Origin: a virus | Reading direction: 5' to 3' (one strand) | Virus record (IMG/VR): IMGVR_UViG_3300031576_000013 | Span: 1 to 64,000 of that record | DNA length: 64,000 nucleotides | Part shown: positions 55,532-64,000 of the stretch, piece by piece | Layout: each line of letters begins with the position of its first letter | Position numbering within the stretch: position 1 is the first letter of the stretch | Notes under the pieces: model-generated | What the model saw: only the letters and a program-made list of their open reading frames with translations | Database searches by the model: none | What the model was told of the DNA's origin: nothing | Position numbers and translations under genes: made by a program

Positions 55532-56227
55532 ATGGGCGCTTTCAGCCATACCAATTGGATTTGCGGCGAAATTTATTCGCGCGCTGTTCAATTCGTAGGC
55601 GCTGCACAAAGCGTGGGCCTTTACTTCGACGACTACATCGAGACCGAATCGCAACATCCGTTTGGCTGGGCGGCACAACTCGCGGCGGCTGGTGCGCTTG
55701 TTTTGCCCGCAGCAAGGTTGTCCGGCGTGATCCAGATGTCGTCCGGTGCGACGGCCTCGGGTGCCGCCGGAATTGCATCCGCCTCGCCGCTGGCCCGTTC
55801 GATCGGAACGTCGAAGTGGTACTGGGCCTCGCGGCTGCGATTCACGACAGCGATCGACGCACAGACTTTCATGGGTGTTGGGTTGGCGGACGCCGTTTTG
55901 AGCCCGACCGACATTTTTACGATCGGGATCCACGGGGACATCTCGACGGTCAACTTTACCGCGCGGCAGGTTGGTGCAGGAACCGCGTCGATAGATCTCG
56001 GCGTCGCGATCGACACGAATACTTGGCATCTGTTCGAGCTTTACTGCAAAAGCGATTCGACAATTTATGCACGTGTCGATCGTGGCACAGAACAGTCGGT
56101 CGCGATGGGTACGTTGCCGTCCGCCGAGGATACGTTCGGCTTTCTCACGGCGAGGAACGGCTCGACGGCAGCCGATCGCGTCATGCAGGTCGATTACAGC
56201 GCTTGTCTATATCCGCGTGATTCATAA
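55532..56227 (+). CDS. ConA/lectin-like virion protein
   Basis: YFDDY...DT.TWH.FEL...M.VDY beta-sandwich pattern. Confidence 0.6.
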   Translation: MGAFSHTNWICGEIYSRAVQFVGAAQSVGLYFDDYIETESQHPFGWAAQLAAAGALVLPAARLSGVIQMSSGATASGAAGIASASPLARSIGTSKWYWASRLRFTTAIDAQTFMGVGLADAVLSPTDIFTIGIHGDISTVNFTARQVGAGTASIDLGVAIDTNTWHLFELYCKSDSTIYARVDRGTEQSVAMGTLPSAEDTFGFLTARNGSTAADRVMQVDYSACLYPRDS

Positions 56228-56250
56228 ACCAATAAGGTCAAGGTGATCAA

Positions 56251-56673
56251 ATGAGCGAGCACAAGATCAAAGAAGAGAATCGAACGAAGATGTTCAAGAT
56301 CGGCTTTTCGTTTCGCGAGCGTGTGGTGCTCGCGTTACATCTCCTTCAGAACATCAAGCCCGCTAACCGAAGCGACCGCAAGCGCTTCGATACGCTATTC
56401 AATGATTTAGGGCTGGATGACATCGCTGAACGCCTCGATGGCGGCGGTGGTATCTCTCCGAAGGAGACCCAGCGGCAAGATGTCACCGTTTTCGACGTCA
56501 CCGGTGAAGTGATTGATTACCTGTATGAGAAGCTGGACGGCCCTTCGAATGGTCCAGCTACGTTGACGATCGCCGACATCGAGCGTCGAATCGAAGACGT
56601 CAAGGCTGACCGCTATACGCCTCCTTTGGCCGAGAACCTTCCATCCGAAGAAGCGGCGCCAGCGCCGTCGTAA
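56251..56673 (+). CDS. Hypothetical protein (possible fibre chaperone)
   Basis: Charged helical protein within the fibre cluster. Confidence 0.65.
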   Translation: MSEHKIKEENRTKMFKIGFSFRERVVLALHLLQNIKPANRSDRKRFDTLFNDLGLDDIAERLDGGGGISPKETQRQDVTVFDVTGEVIDYLYEKLDGPSNGPATLTIADIERRIEDVKADRYTPPLAENLPSEEAAPAPS

Positions 56674-56700
56674 CCGTCCTTCAAAAGAAAAAAAGGTGGT

Positions 56701-57468
56701 ATGGCGCGCAGCCTGATCCGCAACCTCACTCAGCTGCGAAGCGACTTCAAGGAGTCGTGCAGGGTTGCCACGACTGCCGCGTTGCCATCGTATGTGGCGT
56801 CGGGCGCCGGCGCCACCAAGACTCTTACGGCTTCTTCGACCGGCGCGCTCGTCATCGACGGCATGACGTTGGCTGTGAATGACCGCGTTCTCGTCAAAAA
56901 CGAAGGCGGCGGCATCCATGTCGACAACGGCATCTACTACGTTTTTGCTACCGGCAGTGTGATCACTCCGTGGGAACTGAAGCGTACGATCGACGCTTTC
57001 GATGGCGCGAATTTCTCCGGGGGCGTCTTCACGGTCGTCGAAGAGGGCGTACTCAACGCGGAGACGGCCTGGATTCTTCGAACGAACGGTGTGATCGTCG
57101 TCGACACGACTGCGCTCGAGTTCGTCGGGATGTCGGGGCAAACGCTCGAATTCGATCAGGGGCTTCTCAAAACCGTTTCGACGGTTAAGATCGAACTCGA
57201 TGCGACGGCGGATCTGGAAGGAGTAGGCGCGGGGGGCGGTAGTTCGGGCCTTGAATTCGACGTAAACACCGCTGTCGGTAAACTTCGACTCGCTGTGGAC
57301 CCGACCGGCGGTGTTCAACGAAACGCGTCCGGAGCAGCCGCCAAGCGCGACGGGAATTCGATCACGAGCAGCATGTTAGGACTACGTGTCAATTTCGACG
57401 ATATCGTGCTAGAAACCGACGGCAAGATCGTGATCGATACCGGCGGAAATGTAGTAACCTTGACGTAG
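56701..57468 (+). CDS. Fibre/head-decoration protein (CRVAT...IDG...DRVLVK...NGIY domain)
   Basis: Domain shared with 57476 and 60725. Confidence 0.75.
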   Translation: MARSLIRNLTQLRSDFKESCRVATTAALPSYVASGAGATKTLTASSTGALVIDGMTLAVNDRVLVKNEGGGIHVDNGIYYVFATGSVITPWELKRTIDAFDGANFSGGVFTVVEEGVLNAETAWILRTNGVIVVDTTALEFVGMSGQTLEFDQGLLKTVSTVKIELDATADLEGVGAGGGSSGLEFDVNTAVGKLRLAVDPTGGVQRNASGAAAKRDGNSITSSMLGLRVNFDDIVLETDGKIVIDTGGNVVTLT

Positions 57469-57475
57469 CGCAAAA

Positions 57476-60400
57476 ATGTCGATCCACAAAGCTCTAGCAG
57501 CTACCGAAATCCACATTTTGTACGCGTTCTCGTTCGCGAGCGCCGCCGCTCGTGAAGGCGCGACTGGCTTGGTTGCAGCCGATGTCGGGAAGGTTGCATG
57601 GCAGACCGACGATAATTCCTTCTGGGTTCTTACCGACGAGAGCCCGGTCACGTGGGTTTCGCTCGGCGGAAGCGGCGGTTTCGCTTCGTCGATCGCGATC
57701 AAAAATCAGTGCCGGGTGGCGAGCACCGCGAACATCGCATCTCTGTCGACGCTGTTGACGCTTGATGGCGTGACAGTCGCTGCCGGAGATCGCGTTCTCG
57801 TCAAGGATCAAACAACGCTTAGTGAGAACGGCATCTACGTCGCCGCTGTCGGCGCCTGGACGCGAGCGAGCGACTTTGATTCCACCGCTGAGGTCAAAGG
57901 CGGCGTCCTTGTCGTTGTCTCGGAAGGCACGACGCAGTTTGATTCGATTTGGACGCTTGCGACCAACGATCCGATTACAGTCGGCGTCACCGGCCTGGTC
58001 TTCACTACCGGTACGGTTACGCTCACAACGGCGGCGCCAGCCGATGTCACCAAAGCCGCAGCCGTCGTCGGCGTAGCGATTACCGCTGCCAGGGCCGATC
58101 ACAAGCACGACATCTCAACGGCTGCCGCCGCTGAATCTATCGATATTGGCGATACGGCCGCCGAAGGTTCTGCTTCTTCGCTTGCCCGCTCCGATCATCG
58201 TCACGCCTTCCCTGCTCCCTCTTCTGGGTACCCCGTCAATGTCGAGAATTCGGAATCTGATGGGACCGCGACGACGTCCGCCAGATCGGATCACCAACAT
58301 AAGCTCGGCATTGGAACCACCAAGGGCGACGTTCTCGCGCATGATGGTACGACGTTTCAGCGGCTTCCGGTCGGGGTCGACAGTTTCGTCTTAACGGCCG
58401 ACACCGCCGAAGCAAGCGGCGTCAAGTGGAACGCACCGAGTGCCGCCGACTGGCCGATTGGAACTGTTCGGTTCTTCATGCTTTCGCCCACCGGGTTGGA
58501 CACGAACGTCGGTTTTGCCGATGGCGCTCCCGATGCTGCGAAAGCCGTCAAGACAATCGCTAAGTTGAAAACGCTGATCCCCCGTTTCGGCAACGGGCGT
58601 TCGGTCGTAATCGTGATCGAGGCTGGCGATTACTCTACCGAGGATCTCGAGTTCACCGATTACCATGCGTATCGGTTGTTTCTGGTACGTGGAACTGTGA
58701 CCGATCCGACAGGCGCATCTGTAGCGTTTGCCAATGACCTTGCAGACAAGATCGTCGATGGTTATGTCCGCGCACCAAGTACTGAAACGCTTGGTTACAG
58801 AGTCGATGGCGCTCCAACGGTCACATTATTTTCCTGCGTAAAAAACGTCGATGGTACTCCTCCCGGATTACCCGTCGAACCAGCCCTGCTCGGAATGCGT
58901 GTTCGCTTTGACGCCCTGACGCCGACCGTCGCATTGCGGAACGTGACGACGACTATCTGGAAAAACACTACAACTGCAATCACAGATTCAAATGATTTTC
59001 CAGCCGTACCTGTAGCTGGCGGTCCTGGCGTCGGCGACGTTTTCTATATCGAGCGGCCTGGTGTCGACGTCGATCAGTTAGTGGTCGATGGTATGATAAC
59101 GCGTACGAGGCTGGGAACATCGCCTACACCCATAGCGATCCCACCAATATTTTCAGGGATCAATGCTAAGGCTGTGACTACGCCGATCATAATACAGGGA
59201 AATGTTCGTATCGACCTGGTCGGTGTTCATGCTGCCGGAGCGACCGCACTTCCATTCACCGCGCAATACGTGCCAAATCTGCGAATGGTCGGCACGTACA
59301 CCGATGAAGCTGGCGTCACGATAAGTGTCGGTAATGGCGGGCGGATTGTTGCGACAGCTAGCACAATCACCGCTTCGTTGACCAACGTTGGTGGGCTTTT
59401 TCAACGTACCGCTTTTGTAGGCGGTTCAGGTGTTTTTGCAGCCGGCGGCGCGGGTCGAGCGTTCAACCTTTCCACCGGCAACGTCATCGTTGGCGGGCGT
59501 TTGGCGGCGTCAGGCGCCGGGAATCTGTTCAGCATCGGCAACGCCGGTGGCACCACCGCACGTCGACTTCGCTTCACGGCAAACACCGCCGGCGTCGATT
59601 TGGATTTGACCGACGCCAACCATTTCAAGGTTTTTGGCGTCGAGAACGACACGTTACCCGCAGGGATTGGACCGATCCGCTTGAATGGAAACTTTCCTTC
59701 CGTCGACCTTGATGACGTCGTCATGAGTGCTGCTGGGTCAGGGTTCGGCTTGAATATGAATTGTCGTCATGCCCGCGTGAACATGGGCACGACGACGGCG
59801 ATCACGATTACAACTCCGACGGGACAGGAGATCATCTCGGGAACCGGCGGCGGCGGCCCGGTGTTCAGGTTTGCAGACGTTCAGGATCGTCATATTACCG
59901 TTAGGGACGATCTCGGCAACGTCTTCACGAGACATCAAACTACCGATATCAACACAGCTCCCGAAATCGGGTTGACGCTCTCTGCGACTGCTTACCCATT
60001 ATATGCGCAATTCAGAGTCGTACGGCGGGTAACCGGCGCGGCCGATGGAGAGTTCGGCGTCGCCAAGGCTGATGCGGCGAGCACGTCGGATCGCATTCTC
60101 GGTGTCCTGATGACAGATACGTTAGTCTCGCCGCGTGGGCGCATCGCAACACACGGTCCCGCAGTCTTGGAATTCGACGCGGACCCGGGAACTGCTCCCG
60201 CGCTCGTTTATTTATCGCACCTGGACGACGGCAGTATCGCAGGTTTGGGGCGAATCACGCCGCCACCCAGCAACGGTTTGAACCAAAAACTTCGTCTTGG
60301 ACATTTGCTTCGCCGTTTAACGACGATCGCGCCGTTTCTCGGCGTCGTCGATCTGCATCCCGAGTTGATCCCGATAACATCGGACGGAGCAACGCCATAA
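57476..60400 (+). CDS. Large fibre/spike protein with three ARxDHxH repeats and a beta-helix-like body
   Basis: DRVLVKDQ...ENGIY domain; ARADHKH, ARSDHRH, ARSDHQH; TTKGD..RLPVG..VLTAD motif. Confidence 0.8.
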   Translation: MSIHKALAATEIHILYAFSFASAAAREGATGLVAADVGKVAWQTDDNSFWVLTDESPVTWVSLGGSGGFASSIAIKNQCRVASTANIASLSTLLTLDGVTVAAGDRVLVKDQTTLSENGIYVAAVGAWTRASDFDSTAEVKGGVLVVVSEGTTQFDSIWTLATNDPITVGVTGLVFTTGTVTLTTAAPADVTKAAAVVGVAITAARADHKHDISTAAAAESIDIGDTAAEGSASSLARSDHRHAFPAPSSGYPVNVENSESDGTATTSARSDHQHKLGIGTTKGDVLAHDGTTFQRLPVGVDSFVLTADTAEASGVKWNAPSAADWPIGTVRFFMLSPTGLDTNVGFADGAPDAAKAVKTIAKLKTLIPRFGNGRSVVIVIEAGDYSTEDLEFTDYHAYRLFLVRGTVTDPTGASVAFANDLADKIVDGYVRAPSTETLGYRVDGAPTVTLFSCVKNVDGTPPGLPVEPALLGMRVRFDALTPTVALRNVTTTIWKNTTTAITDSNDFPAVPVAGGPGVGDVFYIERPGVDVDQLVVDGMITRTRLGTSPTPIAIPPIFSGINAKAVTTPIIIQGNVRIDLVGVHAAGATALPFTAQYVPNLRMVGTYTDEAGVTISVGNGGRIVATASTITASLTNVGGLFQRTAFVGGSGVFAAGGAGRAFNLSTGNVIVGGRLAASGAGNLFSIGNAGGTTARRLRFTANTAGVDLDLTDANHFKVFGVENDTLPAGIGPIRLNGNFPSVDLDDVVMSAAGSGFGLNMNCRHARVNMGTTTAITITTPTGQEIISGTGGGGPVFRFADVQDRHITVRDDLGNVFTRHQTTDINTAPEIGLTLSATAYPLYAQFRVVRRVTGAADGEFGVAKADAASTSDRILGVLMTDTLVSPRGRIATHGPAVLEFDADPGTAPALVYLSHLDDGSIAGLGRITPPPSNGLNQKLRLGHLLRRLTTIAPFLGVVDLHPELIPITSDGATP

Positions 60401-60723
60401 TGTACCAGGTTACCGTCGACGTCTCGCTGGCTTGCACCGATGGTCCCCGAGCGCCTGGGAAGTGCGTTGTACGTGTTTACACGTACTTGACGGTCGACGA
60501 ACTGCAAATCACGGAACATGCTATCATTTTGCAAGACGGTACATCTCAAGGCGTGAGGACCAAAGCGATCGATCCAGCGCATCCGTACGAGCAAACTGAA
60601 ACTTTTTCGCTGAGTACACCTACCGGATGCGCTGATTTCAATGCCGCGTTTCCTGGGGTCGGTTCACCAACAGCGGTAGAAAGTTATCTTCGTATTAAAG
60701 GGCTGCTTCCTCCGGTAATTTGA
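60400..60723 (+). CDS. Hypothetical protein
   Basis: TAATG-coupled. Confidence 0.65.
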   Translation: MYQVTVDVSLACTDGPRAPGKCVVRVYTYLTVDELQITEHAIILQDGTSQGVRTKAIDPAHPYEQTETFSLSTPTGCADFNAAFPGVGSPTAVESYLRIKGLLPPVI

Positions 60724-60724
60724 A

Positions 60725-62230
60725 ATGTCAGAGCTAACCACATCACAAGCCGCAATAATTGCCGCCGCACTCGCGCCCGGTTCTCGGACGCCTGTTCGTC
60801 TAGCAACGATCGTCTCAATCACGCTCTCTACGAATCAATCGATTGACGGTGTCGTTACTGCTACTGGCGATCGTATTCTTGTAAAGAATCAAGCGACCGC
60901 GAGCGAAAACGGGATCTATCTGGCCGCCGTTGGGGCATGGACCCGCGCTGCCGATTTCGATGAAGACGCGGAGGTCAAGGGCGGCGAGTTGATCCCGGTC
61001 TCGGAAGGTTCCACGCAAGCCGACACGGTTTGGCAACTGACGACCAACGATCCGGTCGTTGTAGGCGTCACGTCGCTCGTCTACGATTTGTATGGTCGAT
61101 TGACATCGACTGCGCCTGCGGACGTAATAAAAGCTGCCGCTGTAGTCGGTACTGCTGTTACAGCCGCACGTGCCGATCACAAGCACGATGTTACAACTGC
61201 CGCACCAGGCACGATTGCAGTAGGTGATGCAGCAACCGAAGGTACGGCGACCTCCCTTGCGAGATCCGACCATCTTCATGCGCTTACCGCTCCTGCGGCT
61301 CCTGCCGATGTCACTAAGGCCGCTGCGAGTGCAGGAACGGCAACTACTGTTGCTCGTGCAGATCACAAACATGATATTTCGACAGCTTCGCCAAGCGCCG
61401 CTCTTGACATTGGGGACAGCGCAGCTGAAGGCACAGCGACCAGCCTCGCACGAAGCGACCATCAGCATTCTTTTCCAGCACCGACAGCTGGCTATCCAGT
61501 AGATGTAGCGGGGACCGAAGCTGACGGTACCGCTACGACGCCTGCTCGTTCAGACCACCAGCATAAGCTCGGCATTCTAACGACGACGGGCGACATCATT
61601 ACGTACTCGACGCTGCCTGTGAGGCGCGCGGTAGGCACTAATGGCCAGGTTCTCACGGCGGACTCGGCCGAAGCAGACGGCGTGAAGTGGGCTGCGGCAG
61701 GTGGTGGTAGTAGCTTTCCCAAGTTTCACCTGTACGGTGACCAGCTCGCCAGCCCGAACTCGGCGAACTGGATCGTCAACGCGATGGCTCCTGCGGCGGC
61801 CGACTCGCTCAACGCCGCGCTCACCGTGCGGCGGTTCGACGACACGACCGAGGAGGGCGTCGGCTTCATACTTCGCATCCCCGCGTCGGCCACGAACATC
61901 ATCATCGGCATGGTGACCCGGGCGCAGACGGCCCCTGGCGCCGCCCGCACCGTCGGCGTCAAGCTCTACTTCCGGCAGATCCCGGACAACGCGGCCGTGT
62001 CCACGACGTGGGCCGGCGCCAACGACGGCAGCCACGTCCTAGCCGACATCGCCATCCCGGCGAATACAAACTTCCAGTACGCCACGCAGACGCTCGCGCT
62101 CACGGCGACCACGCCTGACCTCGTGGCCGACAAGCTCTACCAGGTGGAAGTGACGCGCATCAACCCGACGGCCGGCACGGAACTCGTCGGCGACTGGAAT
62201 CTGCTCGAACTGACGGCGGCCTTCTCATGA
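60725..62230 (+). CDS. Fibre protein with five ARxDHxH repeats and a C-terminal tip domain
   Basis: Paralogous to the N-terminal third of 57476. Confidence 0.8.
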   Translation: MSELTTSQAAIIAAALAPGSRTPVRLATIVSITLSTNQSIDGVVTATGDRILVKNQATASENGIYLAAVGAWTRAADFDEDAEVKGGELIPVSEGSTQADTVWQLTTNDPVVVGVTSLVYDLYGRLTSTAPADVIKAAAVVGTAVTAARADHKHDVTTAAPGTIAVGDAATEGTATSLARSDHLHALTAPAAPADVTKAAASAGTATTVARADHKHDISTASPSAALDIGDSAAEGTATSLARSDHQHSFPAPTAGYPVDVAGTEADGTATTPARSDHQHKLGILTTTGDIITYSTLPVRRAVGTNGQVLTADSAEADGVKWAAAGGGSSFPKFHLYGDQLASPNSANWIVNAMAPAAADSLNAALTVRRFDDTTEEGVGFILRIPASATNIIIGMVTRAQTAPGAARTVGVKLYFRQIPDNAAVSTTWAGANDGSHVLADIAIPANTNFQYATQTLALTATTPDLVADKLYQVEVTRINPTAGTELVGDWNLLELTAAFS

Positions 62231-62919
62231 GCGTGAAGGTAACATCGGCATCGAACAACAACTTGCAGCGTCCGTCGGACGACGCGGCGCTCGCACCGGC
62301 GCAACTGACCATCGCGTGCTGGATCAAGATGCATGTCGTGTCCGGGACGCAGGATCTCATCAGCAAAAGCGGCGTTTCGAGCGATCTGTCTTATGGATGG
62401 CGGCTCACATCTGCTGGCATTTTGGAACTGGGCACGAGCACAGACGGTACTTCGTTCAACACGACAAGTAGCGTCTCGACCATCGTAGTGGACACCTGCT
62501 ATCACCTCTGCATGACCCACTCCACGACGGCAAAAACCCTCTACATCAACGGCGTGCAGGATGCGACTGGCGCAGGTCCCGGCGCCCTGTTCAACAGCAC
62601 CGTCGCTCTGCACATCGGAGACCGCACCGACGGTGCAAATAACTCGAACTTCTTCATGGAAGACCTGCGGTTCTACAACCGGGCGCTGTCGCAGGCCGAG
62701 GTAGAGACGATTTTTGCGTGCCAAGGCACGGATGGCATCATGCAGGGTGGCATCGCGCGGTATCAGATGGACGAGGGGGCGCCGGGCGTTATTATTGGCG
62801 AGACTGCGCATGTCAAGGACGTGTGGAACAACGCGCTCCACCTCAGCGCCCTTGGCACCACGCGGCCATCATGGGAAGAAGGCTTGATTGTGCACGCAAG
62901 ACGGAGACGCGCAGCGTAA
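62227..62919 (+). CDS. LamG/ConA-like lectin domain protein
   Basis: TIACWIK; YHL..T; LYING; IG; EDLRFYNRALS..EV. Confidence 0.88.
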   Translation: MSVKVTSASNNNLQRPSDDAALAPAQLTIACWIKMHVVSGTQDLISKSGVSSDLSYGWRLTSAGILELGTSTDGTSFNTTSSVSTIVVDTCYHLCMTHSTTAKTLYINGVQDATGAGPGALFNSTVALHIGDRTDGANNSNFFMEDLRFYNRALSQAEVETIFACQGTDGIMQGGIARYQMDEGAPGVIIGETAHVKDVWNNALHLSALGTTRPSWEEGLIVHARRRRAA

Positions 62920-62931
62920 AAGGAATCGTCA

Positions 62932-63471
62932 ATGGCTCTTTTGATTCACAGAACGACGTTCGAGACCAAATATGATGATCCGAACGATCATCCATTAGCG
63001 GATTACATCCAGCGTGGCCGAGGCGCCGATAACTCGGATCTCGACGCGCTCGTGAACATCCCGAAGAAATACTGGAAAGTCGTTGACGATGATCGCCTCG
63101 CAGCTATGGACACGGGTGAACGCGCTGTGGTCGATGCAGCTGCGGTTCCAAGCCTAAAAGGAGCTGCGCTCAGTGCTCTCGGTTTGCAGGTCACTGAGTA
63201 CATCGGTGCCAAATACAGCGAACCACTTCAACGTACACTGTTGGCACTCGAACAAAAGGCCCGCGCCGACGGAAAAATCAACAAGGCCAACTACATCAAA
63301 CAGCTTTTTGATTGGGCGGAAAACGTTCTCGGATATTACGTTACGAAAGCGGGTGAATTGAGTGCCGCTGCCGACGTAGCAGCGTTGACAGCAATTTCGA
63401 TCGATCTCACACAATTCGACGCAAGTGATCCCCAGATCAAACTTCCAAACGTCCTTGCAATTACCGATTGA
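62932..63471 (+). CDS. Fibre-assembly-like protein (DUF4376-like)
   Basis: P.KYWKV; helical C-terminus; follows the fibre genes. Confidence 0.55.
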   Translation: MALLIHRTTFETKYDDPNDHPLADYIQRGRGADNSDLDALVNIPKKYWKVVDDDRLAAMDTGERAVVDAAAVPSLKGAALSALGLQVTEYIGAKYSEPLQRTLLALEQKARADGKINKANYIKQLFDWAENVLGYYVTKAGELSAAADVAALTAISIDLTQFDASDPQIKLPNVLAITD

Positions 63472-63842
63472 TTATGCGCCGGAAGTTGACAACTATCCTG
63501 CTTGTGACGGGGATCGCAATCTACGTCGTTTGGGATATTTACGTCGCGTTCGTAGAGCATTCGTTGATCTCAGGGACCGGTGGAACGATCTCCGAAGTCA
63601 CATTGAGCTACGCCGAACAGCATCCACAATTGCCCTACGCTGTCGGAGGCGTTTGCGGGCATCTGTTTACTCGTGTAGCTAAAGCGTCACAACGTTTGCT
63701 TCGAATCGGAATTCTTAGTTCGATAGCGATCAACTTGACAGTTGCGGACGTGTTCGTCAATTTTGCGGTACCGCCGCTTGCGATGTTGCTGATCGGCCTT
63801 CCTCTAGGCATCGTCTTGTGGCCACAAGTCAGGAGTGAATAA
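63468..63842 (+). CDS. Multi-TM membrane protein (holin candidate)
   Basis: 3-4 hydrophobic segments; TISE...GHLF...WP. Confidence 0.6.
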   Translation: MIMRRKLTTILLVTGIAIYVVWDIYVAFVEHSLISGTGGTISEVTLSYAEQHPQLPYAVGGVCGHLFTRVAKASQRLLRIGILSSIAINLTVADVFVNFAVPPLAMLLIGLPLGIVLWPQVRSE

Positions 63843-63844
63843 AC

Positions 63845-64000
63845 GTGGGCGATACGCTATTACAGTACGGCGCTATCGGCGCGATTTTGATGGCAACGCT
63901 CACCGTATTCTTGTGGGCATTCAAGCGGTTGTTCGATCATTTCTTGAATCAGCAAGACAAGAAAGAAGAACGCATTGGCACATTCATGGATGAATCAGTC
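63845..64000 (+). CDS. BhlA-like holin candidate, truncated by the window end
   Basis: AGGAG RBS; MGDTLLQYGAIGAILMATLTVFLWAFKRLF then a charged helix. Confidence 0.55.
   Translation, partial: MGDTLLQYGAIGAILMATLTVFLWAFKRLFDHFLNQQDKKEERIGTFMDESV

Larger units (their letters stand above)
3412..58245. repeat. Dispersed ~30-bp motif, consensus CCCCT(C/G)TTCTGG(G/A)TTCCC(C/G)GATGAC-nn-TAAC, at least 18 copies
   Basis: Copies (strand of consensus) near 3412(-), 4324(+), 4589(+), 6523(+), 8263(+), 8532(-), 10210(+), 15868(+), 22741(+), 26418(+), 29755(-), 30249(+), 41132(+), 46610(-), 50470(+), 51336(+), 52026(-), 58214(+). Confidence 0.9.

Noticed and set aside
3412-58245. Dispersed motif as a CRISPR array or CRISPR-repeat mimic
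   Set aside because: Copies are hundreds to thousands of bp apart with no regular spacers, often intragenic, no cas genes, and no recognisable CRISPR repeat ends
53422-62919. Diversity-generating retroelement or invertible fibre cassette
   Set aside because: No reverse transcriptase or invertase, and no near-identical TR/VR pair; paralogues differ at all base types
1-64000. tRNA, integrase/att site and replication genes
   Set aside because: None recognised by eye; lifestyle (temperate or lytic) cannot be determined from this window

Overview
This window is about 64 kb of a GC-rich tailed phage genome or prophage with a contractile tail. The host is most plausibly a myxobacterium (Myxococcota), an inference from a myxobacterial-type SspB and from baseplate/fibre genes that resemble myxobacterial phage-tail clusters. 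Layout: (i) 1-2.2 kb: a 10-bp tandem array, then a compositionally distinct leftward operon punctuated by hairpins. (ii) 2.2-13 kb, rightward: accessory genes (histone-like Zn-finger protein, stand-alone TSCPD domain, thermonuclease, lytic transglycosylase, spanin-like pair, HNH). (iii) 13-16.5 kb, leftward: RHH regulator, dTMP kinase, SspB. (iv) 16.5-53.3 kb, leftward morphogenesis operon: portal, giant protease fusion, scaffold, major capsid, neck, sheath, Zn-finger HNH, two tubes, frameshifting chaperone, tape measure, CIS-like baseplate and fibre. (v) 53.4-64 kb: a divergent rightward fibre/decoration cluster. I recognised no terminase, integrase, replication genes, tRNA or CRISPR array. 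Two findings stand out. (1) A 1514-aa gene at the prohead-protease position joins a Pol-beta-type nucleotidyltransferase, two LigD-type 3'-phosphoesterase domains and an ATP-dependent DNA ligase to an XkdF protease; this may be a capsid-packaged, protease-released DNA end-repair kit. (2) A roughly 30-bp quasi-palindromic motif (core TTCTGGGTTCCC.GATG) occurs in at least 18 copies, both between genes and inside genes in different frames. All calls come from reading motifs by eye; no database searches were run.
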